A DNA stretch of 62,921 nucleotides, counting the filler, from Octopus bimaculoides (taxonomy: Eukaryota): NCBI RefSeq assembly GCF_001194135.2. It is 4 parts of 4 records of this genome, joined end to end, with 100 filler letters (N's around TTAATTAATTAA, not from the genome) between each part and the next. Parts side by side here need not be neighbours in the genome. Positions count along the whole stretch, not along the records: positions 35,294 to 57,823 come from NC_068984.1; positions 57,924 to 62,921 come from NC_069004.1; 2 more parts are not named here. One strand, written 5' to 3'. The translations under genes were made by a program, and so were the position numbers. This document shows, piece by piece, positions 50,830 to 62,883 of this stretch. The first letter of the stretch is position 1; each line of letters starts with the position of its first letter. A model generated the notes under the pieces. It saw only the letters and a program-made list of their open reading frames with translations. It ran no database searches and was not told the origin of the DNA.

Positions 50830-52074
50830 TATATGTATATATGTATATCTATATATGTATATAAGTATGTATATGTATATGTACGTATATATATGTATAT
50901 ATATATGTATACGCACATATAGGTAAATATACATGCATATTTATACACACACAGTATGTATGTGTTTGTGTGTGTGCGTGCGCGTGTGTGTGTGTGTGTG
51001 TGTACGTATCCATGCATATCTTTAACAAAGTTTAGTTGATAGTTATTTTGAAATTTCGGCCTGCTTAGGATTCATTGGACCTTCGTATATCTGAGCCTAT
51101 CTTCTAAACTACGTACACGTGTGTTGAATGATATTTAGGCTGTGAGTTAAGTTGTCATGGAAAGCTCTGATGGAAAATTTCATCACAAATGGAGTTTATA
51201 ATGTTTTAAAAGTGATGCATCTTAATACTTTGTAACTACACGTCTCTTTCAGTGTGTCAGCTTCAGATCCTGGGATTTATGTGTGTGTGTTTGCGCGTGT
51301 GCCCGTGTGTATTTACGATACTGTAAGTGCATTTTCATTTTTACATTACATTACTCACTACCCGTAAAAATTTCGATTATTGAAATAATTTAAATAAAAT
51401 TTAATCAAAATAATGCAATAGAAACATTAAGCAAGCTTTACCTTTAATAATGATGTTGAATTGATGCGAATAAAGGCAAAATAAACGGAAATGGACAGTG
51501 ACTACTGGAAGCTGTCTTGGTAAGTCAAAAGTTATGGTATAACTTCTAACTAGTAAAGAAATGTTTAGTGGTAGCTATTAGGAGGCTAGAATAAATTAGT
51601 GTACCTTATGGGATTCTAATATTATAACAGAAATTATAATTAGACTGTTGGCGTAAGGGAATTCTTTATAATTCGAATGGAATTCCATGACGGATTCACA
51701 CGCTGGCAATAAATTGAAGTTAAATATATATTCGTGAAATGGGTGAATTATATTAGAATGATTATACTTCGAGAGTAGTGAACAAATTAAGAACAACGTA
51801 AAGAAAATTCACGTATATTACCTGGACATTTCCAATAGCTTGCGAACATTTTTAAGATAAAGCAAAAGGTTTTAAGTCTGTAAAAAGAAATTTTATTGCG
51901 ACAAATAAGGGAGATATTCACGGTCTCTGGTGTATCTCAGAAGTGTAGAACTGGTAAAATATAGTGACGTATCGGCATATATGACTACACAATATGGTCT
52001 TTATAGGAAAGTTAAATAAAATGGCTTTCAAGTTTGTTTTTTATGCCTATATTAAAAGAATGGAGTGAAAAAGA

Positions 52075-52400
52075 ACTGGCATTCCGTTGGTTACGACGAC
52101 AAGGGTTAGAGTTGATCCGATCAACGGAACGGCCTGGTCGTGAAATTGACGTGCAAGTAGCTGAGCGATCTACAGACACGCGAACCCATGATGTAGTTCT
52201 CAGACAGATTCAGTGTGACACAGAATTTGCAAGACTGGCCCTTTGAAAGACAAGTACTACTCATTTTTTCTAGCTGAGTAGACTGGAGACACGTGAAATA
52301 AAACCTCTTGCTCAAGGACAGATTGTACCTCCGGGAATCGAACTCATGACCCAACATTCATGAGCCGAATACCCCTAACGACGAAGCAGCGCGCCTTCAT
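52075..52400 (-). mobile_element. Family A SINE, full length
   Basis: Colinear with 1-260 and includes the tail missing there. Head ...GAGTTCGATTCCCGG (B box). Confidence 0.85.
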
Positions 52401-53559
52401 CAAATCGAGCAAAATACAATGTTGGCCTACACAAGTTAATGAATTGTATTTAAACTTGTATAAAAATAGTAATATTTTATAAAATAGTTCTTCCAGTCAT
52501 GAAAAACAACATCATTCTCATTAAATGTGCAATAGTAACATTGTAAAATATAATACATTATAGTTTTACTCTCTAATAATAAATCATAGTAACCTGGAAA
52601 AAAGTATTAGCAAAGTATGAAAATTATGTTTCGGGAAAGCAAATTGAGAAGTGTGAGAAGAGATGGTTAAATATCATAAATTAAAATTTAATACACGGGA
52701 TAGATAAAAGCAGGTGTGAAGAGAGTTATTTAAGCGAAAGAAAGAGAAGTCACGAGTAGGAAAGATGGTGTGAAGATTGATGAAAGTAGGATGTGCAAAG
52801 TTTTGATAGTTGTTAAGAAAACGAAAATTTGAGAAATCTTAGATAAAGAAGAGAAGTGAGTAAAGAATATTATTTAGGGAAAGAAAGAAAGGAGACTTGT
52901 AGAAAGGAATGCATGATGTTGGTGGCGCCTGGTTTTAAAATATCATGGATGCTACTGAATATATGATGAATATCAGAGGAGTCATAGACAGCAATGAATA
53001 TATACACAAATAAGTGTGTACATTTGTACATATATACATACATACATACATTTCACGCATTGTTAATGAACTTCAATGAGGCGAGGACCTTTTTGACTAG
53101 CTGATCATTTTCAGCTTTTACAACAACTCTTACATATGATCCTTTTCTATGGAAAGACAGAAACATTTTGCATCAGGGCGTCTTCTTCAACCACTGACGG
53201 AAAGACAATGCTTAATAAATGATTAAATAATTATTAAATGAATATGGCCATTATATTATTTTGCTTTGATTCATGTAGTCTTCAGTGGCTAATATGGTAT
53301 GACCTTAGAAAGAGTAACTGGGTTACGTGTTGAATATTTCATGAGACACTTAATAAGTAAGATATTTTCTTTCTTTATAACTTGTTTCCATTTTGTAAAT
53401 TTCATATGATTTTTGTCAAAATGTACGAATGGAGTCAGTATATAATTTCTCTATGATGCCCTATTAGATATATTTCCCTAAATTCTAACATGTATATTAT
53501 GCTTTTCGGTTAGTGAAGGGAGGCATTTCTCGGAGCACAGTTTCTTATTGAGTAGACAC

Positions 53560-53780
53560 TTTGGATTTCTATTTTCAACCGTAGTGACTATATAACCAGT
53601 CCGCCTCAGTGTGCTACGTGGTACGAGAGATTCCAGGCTTACAACATTCGCTAACTCAAAACCTCATTTTACGCACTCTTTTCTACATATTTCACAAATC
53701 TGTCAAAGACACTTTTGCTGGAAGCATCCAAACATCATAGCTTCTTTTGAAGATAATGTCCATGTTTCACATCAATACAG
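53560..53780 (+). mobile_element. Possible CR1-like 3' remnant
   Basis: KPHFTHSFLHISQICQRHFCWKHPNIIASFEDNV weakly resembles a CR1 C-terminus. Confidence 0.35.
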
Positions 53781-53881
53781 CAAAAGAGAACAAGTCGGTT
53801 GAACATCAAGAGAATGTTTACTAAAATTTTTCAATATTTCTAAAAAAATAAAAAATAAAACTATCCCCCCTCTCCCTCTTC

Positions 53882-53926
<45 letters not shown>

Positions 53927-54086
53927 AAATTGTGTTTCAACACTGCAATCCGTAAGGCAGGTAATTTTAGGACAAATACTGGTGTAAACAGTCTATCGAC
54001 TATTAATTTTGGTATATAGGTACCTATTTAAATTAAATATTACTTCAGTTTCGCACGCACAGACACAAACATACCCACACACATAC

Positions 54087-54159
<73 letters not shown>

Positions 54160-54162
<3 letters not shown>

Positions 54163-54740
54163 AGAATTCACAAACAACAAAAGACGAAGAAAGGTGGTGT
54201 AGAAAACAAACAGATGTATTAGTATAAAGCTCGGGAAGTGAAAAAGTCTTTAACGTTCCGAGCCTACGCTTTTCCACAGAAAGGGACACAAACAGAACAC
54301 GGAGAGAAACACGGAGAGAAAAAAGAATGTGTAGTGGCTAACGATCTATCATGGCGAATANNNNNNNNNNATTCATAGAAAGGACAACAAAAGAAAGAAA
54401 GAGACCTCGATATTATGTAAATAGAGGAATTTATCTGTAAAATTATGTTACACTTATTCGGTAGCCATGATAGAACTCCGAGTTTCGGATGCCGGGTCGG
54501 GAATCCACGCCAAAATCTCTTCAGTTATCCGGCCATTCAAAATTCTTGAGAAAAATGACCGTTAAACAAAGGGAAATTACTGTGTGATTGACCGTTATTA
54601 AGACAAAAGAGTTATAGTCTCCTAAGTAAGGGAAGGGGGTACAAGTAAGGGAGTAAAAAACTCTATAGTGTTCGCGTAAGCGCACACATCCGTATATGTA
54701 TATACTAAACCACCCTCGCTTGAAACACACATGCTCACCC
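54160..54740 (-). mobile_element. Penelope-type terminal repeats (two, separated by a 10-N gap)
   Basis: Hammerhead-like cores on the minus strand at 54252-54279 (degenerate) and 54462-54535, abutting (TA)n. Hammerheads are an established feature of PLE pseudo-LTRs. Confidence 0.5.
54462..54535 (-). ncRNA. Type I hammerhead ribozyme-like motif
   Basis: Minus strand: UGGCC-G-GAUA-A-CUGAAGA-GAU...AUC-C-GAAA-CUC-G-GAG-U-U-C-UAUC-AU-GGCUA. Both conserved boxes are present and stems I, II and III can form. Confidence 0.6.
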
Positions 54741-54857
54741 ATATACTCGCCAAAGACTATACATATATGTACATATAAATATATATACCCGCATACACAC
54801 CCCTACAAACACGCACTCAACAACCTCGCACCCATACACATGCACGCAAAAAAAAAT

Positions 54858-55091
54858 TTATAGGGCTAAAGCAAAATACAGAAGAAAGTGTGAGAAAGCT
54901 ATAAGGTTAAAACGCGTCTAATATGCGCATTTTTTCACATGCACCCACATACATCTATATACGCACGTATGTGTGCGGGTACATGCGTGTATAGATGTAT
55001 GTGCATGCATGTGAAAATATGCGCATATTAGACGCGTTTTCACTTTACAGCTTGCTCACACTTTCTTCTGTATTTTTCTTTAGCCCTATAA
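54858..55091. repeat. Long inverted repeat: two 112-bp arms with a 10-nt loop
   Basis: Manual alignment of 54858-54969 against the reverse complement of 54980-55091 gives 10 mismatches and no indels. Confidence 0.95.
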
Positions 55092-55399
55092 TTTAATTCG
55101 TTTTCGATTTTTGAACTGCATTAATTTTTTTCAGTAAACGGTTCCATGGTTTAGTGTGTTAAGACAATTACATTCATTTATCTTGTAAAATTTAATATTC
55201 TGCCTGCCTTAACAAAATATTCATAAGTAGTTCTGCAGTTCAAATTTATCTTGTCTATATCCTAGTGAGTTTCACTAGTAAGGGGATACCTGTCTACACC
55301 AGTAGAAGTTCTGTATTTAACAATCTTAAAATAAATGTCACGTTTCAATTGGTCAAGAATCTAAGAATTTACAACCGAAATTTAGTGTATAGCTGAAAT

Positions 55400-56510
55400 G
55401 ATGGTAACAGTGCTAAAGGAAGATGTTCTTGAAAGATGGACATATGAACATGAATACAAATGGTACTCTTGGTAAGCTTCTCAACGGAATAGCATTCAGC
55501 TGAGGTTATCTTTAAAGAATATTTCACTTTGTATGGAGGTATTCAAAACCTCATTAAGAAAAACGTTGGTGTCATTCCTGCTTAGATAAATACAAAATAA
55601 AAGTTGTTATTATGGGTCAATGAAACCGACTAGTTCCTCCCACCCAAAATATTTCAGGCCGTGTTGAATGGATTATTATTATTGTTGATAGGAAATCTTG
55701 CTCTTTAATTGTAGGAGGAAATTTGAATGGTATTTTGGACACACCATGGGATTTTGCAGAGTTAACCCATAAATGGAGATGCAAAGATCTCGGAAACTTA
55801 CTTAGGTGTTTCCAACTGATTGACTGATACCATCTAGTTCTTCCAAATGCCAGTGCGGACTTGGAGCAACCACGATATCTACCAGATTGTACTTAGTTAC
55901 CATATTCGTTCAAGTAACTTGCTGAGATATGGCCACAATTCAAACTATTCGGCTACACAGATAAAAAGTATGTCATCTTCACAGTCGACTTAGATAGGGT
56001 TCCTAGACAGGAAACCAGCTACTGGATGTTGAACACAAATTTACCGGCGCAAAAGACAACAGAGACCGGTTTTAGAGAGCTAGTTAAGAGACATATGACG
56101 GGAGAAATAGTCAATAACAAGTTGTGGGGAACCCCCAAGGAGGCAATTAAATATGAGTAAATGACATTTAGTAAAGATAAAACGAAATAGATTAAAGGAG
56201 AAGAAGCCTGTCAGTAAACAAGAAGGGCAATTAGAGGTGGCATTACATTCAACGTGCTAACTGAAAGAATGGACCGCGAGCATTGTTTCAACGCAGAAAA
56301 TGGTTTCATTGTCAGAGCTAGAGCTCATGCCCTAAAGCATGAAGAAACGAAAGCCGCCCAATGGGCTCGGGTGATCAAGACGTGGCGTGGAAACATAGTC
56401 ACAATTCAGTCTCGGACAGTCAGATTGGGGCGCACTGCACTAATTGAAGCATATGTCTGCAGCCTTCAAGCAACACTTTTTCCAACTCTACAGAAATAGT
56501 GATAGACCAC
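55400..56510 (+). mobile_element. Tx1/L1-clade LINE fragment (APE endonuclease to RT linker), decayed
   Basis: LIVGGNLNGILD...FQLID, FGYTDKK, SYWMLNTNL, GEIVNNKLWGTPK, GFIVRARAHALKHEE; these match the Tx1-type GD.N.ILD / YTDH / YWKFN..LL series. Confidence 0.8.
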
Positions 56511-56589
56511 AAAGAATTATGGGTTTTATCACCATCATCATTACTATCATTTTGGTTAGGCTCAGATTCGGTATTATTCCTTGTCGGAA

Positions 56590-56700
56590 CTATGTGGTTA
56601 GCAGGCTACTACCTGTAACCTTAAGTATACACAAGCTTTCAGTAGTGTTTAGAACACTCCTGATAATCTTTGCTGCGCCAAAGAGACACATTTTCTTTGG
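56590..56700 (-). mobile_element. R4/Dong-like LINE C-terminal fragment
   Basis: KMCLFGAAKIIRSVL resembles QK..LLGTA.I.R.VL. Confidence 0.5.
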
Positions 56701-56764
56701 GAGTTCGACCGAGCATCCTGAGTTCGACCGAGCATCCTATTCCAATCTCCTTCAGTCATTAAGT

Positions 56765-57250
56765 TTCTTCTTCTTCTTCTTCTTCTTCTTCTTCTTCTTC
56801 TTCTTCTTCTTCTTCTTCTTCTTCTTCTTCTACTTCTTCTTCTATTTCTTCTTCTTTCTTCTTCTATTTCTTCTTCTTTCTTCTTCTTCTTCTTCTTCTT
56901 CTTCTTCTTCTTCTTTTTCTTCTTCTTCTTCTTCTTCTTCTTCTTCTTCATTCTCTTCTTCTTCTTCTTCTTCTTCTTCTTTCTCTTCTTCTTCTTTCTC
57001 TTCTTTTTCTTCTTCTTCTTCTTCTTCTTCTTCTTCTTCTTCTTCTTCTTCTCCTCCTCCTCCTTATTCCTCTTCTTCTTTTTCTTCTTCTATTATTGTT
57101 ATTATTATTATTATTATTGTTATTATTATTATTATTATTATTATTAATATTATTATTATTATTATTATAATTATAATTATAATTATTATTATTATTATTA
57201 TTATCGTCGTCATCATTATCATCGTTATTATTATTGATATTATTTTATTG
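56765..57250. repeat. Long (TTC)n-rich then (TTA)n microsatellite
   Basis: About 320 bp homopyrimidine tract followed by TTA repeats. Confidence 0.95.
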
Positions 57251-57264
57251 TTTTTGAACAACTT

Positions 57265-57460
57265 CTAACGCTAGAGATGTACTACGAAGTCAGCTGTGCA
57301 CTACCAATGACCTAAGGTAACACCCGTTATTTTTGGAGCATCATCCAGAATATTGGACCGGTTCCAAGCAGTGCTGTTTTCTGCAAGTGCACCCTTATTG
57401 CAGTCCCTATTTGTTCCATGTACTTCTCAAGATTTTACTCATGCATATATATATATATTT
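57265..57460 (-). mobile_element. R4/Dong-type LINE 3' end running into (AAT)n
   Basis: LEKYMEQIGTAIRVHLQKTALLGTG; 3' UTR shared with 11203-11355. Confidence 0.75.
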
Positions 57461-57823
57461 CTACATATGCATGAAAAAACACGTGTACCGAGATGCAATT
57501 CGAAAAATCCGCCTATTACATAGATATATAGGTATAAATAATTTCTATGTACCATGCTGAATACATGGAGTGTTTGTCTGGTATGTTGATTTTCTTTGTT
57601 TATTTTTATGTGTCTTGACTGTACGTGTACTGAAGAGTAAAGAGTGCATATTACTGCACTAATTACGAAATCATGATTAACAGTTAAGTCTGTTTTTAGG
57701 AGGCTCACTTCGAGAGTTGCATTCCCTCGCATTCGGTAAAAAGGTGTTTATTATGGTAGTTTGACTTTTAGAGTCCCTCCTAGCGTGAGGCATTTATGTA
57801 TAGTAATGCCCTTAATATATATA

Positions 57824-57923
57824 NNNNNNNNNNNNNNNNNNNNNNNNNNNNNNNNNNNNNNNNNNNNTTAATTAATTAANNNNNNNNNNNNNNNNNNNNN
57901 NNNNNNNNNNNNNNNNNNNNNNN
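57824..57923. other. Artificial 100-bp scaffold join
   Basis: 44 N + TTAATTAATTAA (57868-57879) + 44 N. Confidence 0.95.
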
Positions 57924-58311
57924 ATGAGAAGAAAGTAAGAGTGAGAAGGAGAGTGTGAGGGGGGGGCAAGAGAGACAGACAGATAAGATAGATAAGATAG
58001 ATAGATAGATAGATAGATAGACAGCAAGAGAGAGATGGGGATGGAGAGAGGGAGGGAGAAAGACAAAGACAGACAGACAGACACAATCAGACAAATTTGG
58101 GGATATTTAAGAACGTAAGAACAAACAAAAACAAAAAAAGAAACAGCTGGACAGTAAGAGATGAGACGTAAAGCATTGATATATAATATCGTTAAGGACA
58201 CAAGGTTTAGGGTTCTGGTTTCGATTTTATTGTGCAGTACCCGAGCGTCCAAATTGTCAGGTTGGCCATAGGGAGTCAAGCTGGGTAGAAGGAAGTTGTT
58301 CACCCACACAT

Positions 58312-58369
<58 letters not shown>

Positions 58370-58639
58370 NNNNNNNNNNAGTTTTCTTTCCTCAGTCGAG
58401 ATCCAGATTATCCTTGCAATTTCGGCTGGTTATTCTCGATATTGCTCCAATCTGGCCAGCCCCAAGGAAAAACTAAGCTAAGAGCAGAAAGCAGCGAATG
58501 TATGCAAAAAACAAGGACAGAAAAAAAAAAAACGAACAATGTCACATAAATACAATAAAAATAACAGGACATAACAACAGATATCTTTCGACTAAGAACG
58601 AATTAAATTAAGCTGGCGTGTGTGGAAATAAGGCCTTAC

Positions 58640-59013
58640 GGCAGGGATACAAGAAGCTAGTCTCTCAACCACATGGTTCCGGGTTCAGTTCCTTGGGTAA
58701 GTGTCTGCTACTACAGCCTCGGGTAGTAGAAGCCTTGTGAGTGGATTTGGTAGATAGAAACTAAAAGAAGCCTGTCGTATATGTGTATGCGTGTGTGTGT
58801 GTGTCTGTCTATGCTTGTCCACCCCACCCCCGCCATCGCTTGACAACTGATGTTGGTGTGTTTATGTCCCCGAAACATAACGGTTCGCCAAAAGAATTCG
58901 ATAGAATAAGTACCAGGCTTACAAAGAATAAGTTATGGTCCATTTCTTCGACTAAAACTCGTTAAGGCAGTGCTCCAGTATGGCCGCAGTCAAATGACTG
59001 AAACAAGTAAAAG
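58640..59013 (+). mobile_element. Family B SINE
   Basis: AACCACATGGTTCCGGGTTCAGT...GGATTTGGTAGA...GCCGCAGTCAAATGACTGAAACAAGTAAAAG. Confidence 0.85.
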
Positions 59014-59689
59014 AATATATATATATATATACATATTATCCGAAATGTACAGTATTATATGTCCATCACGGCTGATCTTACCAATCGGTTTCGCGCTCGA
59101 AATATAACGGAATGTTAGGTAACAATCCGATTATATAACTTTACGCTCATCAGAGTTAGCCGATATGGAAAGGAATATGGCGACTGCTCTATTGTCGGAG
59201 GTGAATGGACACATCCGGTTTGCGGTTGTTGTGAAAAAGATAGTGAAATGAAAATGACCAGGGGATTAGGTCAGAAGTGATGTCCCTCGGTTGGATTCGC
59301 TGTAAAGCCGGTAAGAGTTATCTTGAAGTGTTTGTGGGGAATGTATGCGTTATTTAGTGTGGTACTATCGGGGGGAATATACGTAGTGGTGTCATATGCA
59401 TAATCTTTTCCAGGGGTGTAGGTATATCTATATATATATATAAGTGAAGTTGTGTGTGTGTGTGTGTGCGTGCGCGCGCGTGCGTGTGTGTAAACCCGCA
59501 TAACTTCTTAAGTTCTATTGATTTTGTCCAAGCTGTGAACATCCATTACTTATGCTCCAGAGATGGTTTGAAACTCTTAAAATTTTTCACATGAGTAACA
59601 GACTCTCTGGAAGCAGAAAACATCATTTCCTGGGTTACGTGGAGAAGGGAAGTAACTCTTTGCGAAGTAACTTTCAGAAATCGATTGTC

Positions 59690-59950
59690 TTCCTTACATC
59701 CATTGGTCAAAAACTTATCACAATCTCAAGTGGTTGTGTGAAAGAGCACTAATGGCTCAAAAAACAGTCCTGCAGTGCCTTCCTGGAAGCCCTCACATCT
59801 ATAAGTCAGTTGATACAATCCGAGATCCAGAAGAGGTGGTAAATTATCCAACAGAATTTCTCAATTCTTTGTTATTGAGGAATTTGGATCCACCAACACT
59901 TTGCAATGGGACACGCCTGGTGGTAAAGAAGATGATGCCACTTGTTATTT
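59690..59950 (+). mobile_element. Helitron helicase (PIF1-like) fragment
   Basis: WLCERAL, LPGSPHIYKSVDTIRDPEEVVNYPTEFLNSL, LRNLDPPTLCNGTRLVVKKMMP. An internal segment is deleted. Confidence 0.85.
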
Positions 59951-59999
59951 AGGTGTATTCATACATGGACTTAAATCAAATGGTTTAGTGGTGAACCAC

Positions 60000-60740
60000 A
60001 AAGAGAAAGACTCAATGATCTAGAGTAAAGATATTCGGCGTGTATTGCCTTCTGGCAACATGGCCAGATGTTACGACTCTCAACTTTGTGCGTGTAATCA
60101 GAACATAACGGAATCTAAAGTGTTCCAAGAAGAATCAGCATGGTTTCACATCTTTGACTTCAATGATTTAAAAACGTTTTTAAAACTGTTTCGTTCGATG
60201 TCTTTCGTTGGAATTTTGCCATATGATGGCGTTTTCGAGAAATATCTCCAGTTCCACAGATCAATACTCTTCAGATACACGACTACTTTAGTAAAGATGT
60301 GTCTCTTTCTGTTTTCCTTTATTTCGCCGCAATAAACTATCGACAGTTCTCAGCTATTTCATATTCCCGCCCCTCATACTGTAATCGGTCAAGCAGCATT
60401 GTGTAATGTTAAAGTGATTTTTTTCAAATTTGATTTACAATAAACTGCTGCCTCTCAAACCTTCCCTCTCAGCTTTTCATAATGTCGTCTGCTCCTCCGA
60501 ATGATGTTTTCCCGATCGAAATATCCTGCTGCTATCGACTTATTCATCGATGACTGCATTCGATACACAGCCCCTTACATCTTGCCCAAAGCATTATAAC
60601 CAATCCTTTTTCTCTTGGACCATGACAAATCTTTCGATCGCTTGCCGTGCTTATTTCAAAGCTTGGTGCAAATTATATATCATCCAGCGAACGTATGACC
60701 AGATACAATCCAGGCATGACCATTCCATCGCTCATTAACG
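60000..60740 (-). mobile_element. Possible highly decayed RTE-type LINE
   Basis: Weak remnants: GADDI, KAEREGLR, KLRVVTSGHVARR. Confidence 0.4.
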
Positions 60741-61169
60741 AACATGTCTCTCTCCTCCCATTAAAATAGCAAGATGGTGATTTGCGGAAGACTAGCTGCT
60801 ATTTCTGTCACGTGGTAATTAGTTTCCACCATGACTCGAAAGGGGGGAGAGAGAGAGAGAGAGAGAGAGCGTGTGTGTGCCATAAAGTGAAGTGTCGGGT
60901 GGTTCATGATTCAGGTCGCGAATCGAGAGTCGGATGTCTCTTGTAGACAAGGGGGACGGGAGGGTCGGCTGTTAAGTGTCGACAGACACGTATTGGACCC
61001 TGCTGTGCTTGACAGGGAGAAGGAGGAGGTGGTAGGAGAGTGGAGGTGATGCGAAAGGGAGCGGTATCAACTTACAGTTGTGTAGTTTGGGATGTTAATA
61101 TCTCAACAACGAAGGCATCACCTTTTGCTTATTAACCTAACACGCGCGCGCGCGCGTGTGTGCAATCAT

Positions 61170-61800
61170 TATCATCGTCATCGTCCCAACAATCATCATG
61201 GTTTGAATCGCGAACGAAGATTCCGAAAGAGGTTCTTCACGTCGACTGCGGCACTCGTTCCACCCGTGACCAACCAAGGCAATAAAAAAACAGACTCGGT
61301 CGGCCGCAGCGACGGCAGAGGAAATTCGATTCAGGATTCGCCGTAGTTTTGGGGTCATTAAACGAAGACATTCTTCAAGGATGGAGTGTCACCAAACCTT
61401 ACCGCTAGGGGGTCAAACTAGACCCTTAACAAGGGTCAATATGACAGGCAGAACGGGATTTCATCGTGAGCTTGTGCTGCTCCTTTGGTATCCCTCTGTT
61501 ACCGTAGACGGTGGAAGTGTCATCGTATGGCACAGCCAGCTGCGACATTAACGTTATGACCCTTGGTTCCTGTCTGTCGGAGGAGGGTGTAGAAACAGCG
61601 GAAGTAGAAGTGGTCAAGGAATTGCAGGTGGCCACACTTGTACTCCACAATTCAGAGCCGTGCGTGATGGTCATCAATACTTTGCAACAAACTGACATTT
61701 GGAGTCTCTCTTCGGATATTTTCTGTGAAGTCTGCCGAATGTGTCGTTTGATTTTGTCAGTCTCTGGTTTACCTTTTTTGTCAGTCTTGGCATTAAACTA
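61170..61800 (-). mobile_element. RTE (BovB-like) LINE 3' portion
   Basis: AKSNDTFGRLHRK, ITHGSELW, VYGNRGIPKEQHK...SACHID, FLCRRCGRPSL..LVGH, and the terminal ATCTTCGTTCGCGA motif typical of RTE 3' ends. Confidence 0.85.
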
Positions 61801-62570
61801 CTCGATAAACATTTTTGTGAAAATAGGAAATATAGAAGAGAAAGAAAGAGAGAAAAAAAACATCCGTTCTTTTGAACGTCCGTGCAGGAAAAGAAAGATG
61901 GATGTTAGTCACGTATGAACAACGAGAGAGAGAGAGAGAGAGAGAGTGAGAAAAGGATAAATAGAGGGAGAGAGAGAAAAGGAGAAAGAGAGGGAGAGAG
62001 ATAGAAAACGATGAGGGAGGGAGGGGGAGAAAAAGGAAATTAGAGGATGGAGAAAGAAAACAGTATTGTCTTATTTTCTATTTTTTTCTCGTTGTTTACG
62101 TATTTCATGTTGTTTGCACCGTTGGTAACGTCCTGTACCCATATATGCATGTACACACACACACACACACACAGACATATATATATTGTAATTAAGGAAA
62201 ATGTTGCTTGAAAATCAGGTTGTGAGGCTTTTTTTGTGGAACTCACTTTTTGAACCCCGAAAATGCCTCCCTTTCAACACACACACGAATACTCTACACT
62301 TTCATATCTATCTATCTATCTATCTATACATACATGTGTGTGTGTGTGTATGTGTGTAGTAAACCCTTTAAGGTGTGACTTAAGGGAGTTTGGGCTGCTA
62401 TCTTTACTGGATCGAGTCACAAGAGAAAGGTTATCTTGGTGGTGTGGGTGACATTGCCCCCCTCCTCCTCCTCCTGTTGGGTTTATTATTTTTATTATTG
62501 TTGTTGTTGTTCTGCTATTGTTAGTTTTTTTGTGTTTTATGTTATTTTTATGTTCTTCCGGATAATAAAC

Positions 62571-62584
62571 GTAACCATGGCAAC
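62571..62584. promoter_or_regulatory. RFX X-box motif GTAACCATGGCAAC
   Basis: Close match to the palindromic X-box consensus, in unique sequence. A second partial site, GTTGCCATAGGGAGC, lies at 62793-62807. Confidence 0.5.
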
Positions 62585-62862
62585 ACTAACTGCTCCAACT
62601 CAGCCAAACTCTGTCGTCAAAGCCAACATCGCACCATCATCATCATAACAACTATTATCGTAACCACTTCATCGACATCGTTCTTAACCCCTCCCCCCTC
62701 CCACAAACCACATCATCACTACGAACAACAACAACATTAATTACAGCCGTCATCAACCAGTAGTTTAATCTCAACCGAGATAAACAACAGCAGTTGCCAT
62801 AGGGAGCCTATCGCCCGACCTTCAAGAAATAACAGCGAAAATCTTCCTGAATTCATTACTTA

Positions 62863-62883
62863 ATGTCTAAAAGGGTCGACGGG
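62863..62883 (+). CDS. Possible first coding exon (MSKRVDG) of a gene continuing beyond the window
   Basis: ATG preceded by an in-frame TGA (62848-62850) and followed by the donor GGG|GTGAGT, downstream of two X-box-like sites. Kozak context is weak. Confidence 0.25.

Noticed and set aside
56444-57268. 274-aa ORF and other poly-F/S/I/K/E/N/YI/CV ORFs
   Set aside because: These are translations of (TTC)n, (TTA)n, (TA)n and (TG)n microsatellites.
59734-59952. PIF1-like helicase as a host gene exon
   Set aside because: It is short, internally deleted, has flanking stops and lacks splice sites, which fits a Helitron remnant.
61140-61420. CpG-rich stretch that looks like a promoter island
   Set aside because: It is explained as the 3' end of an RTE LINE on the minus strand (CRRCGR zinc motif, ATCTTCGTTCGCGA terminus).
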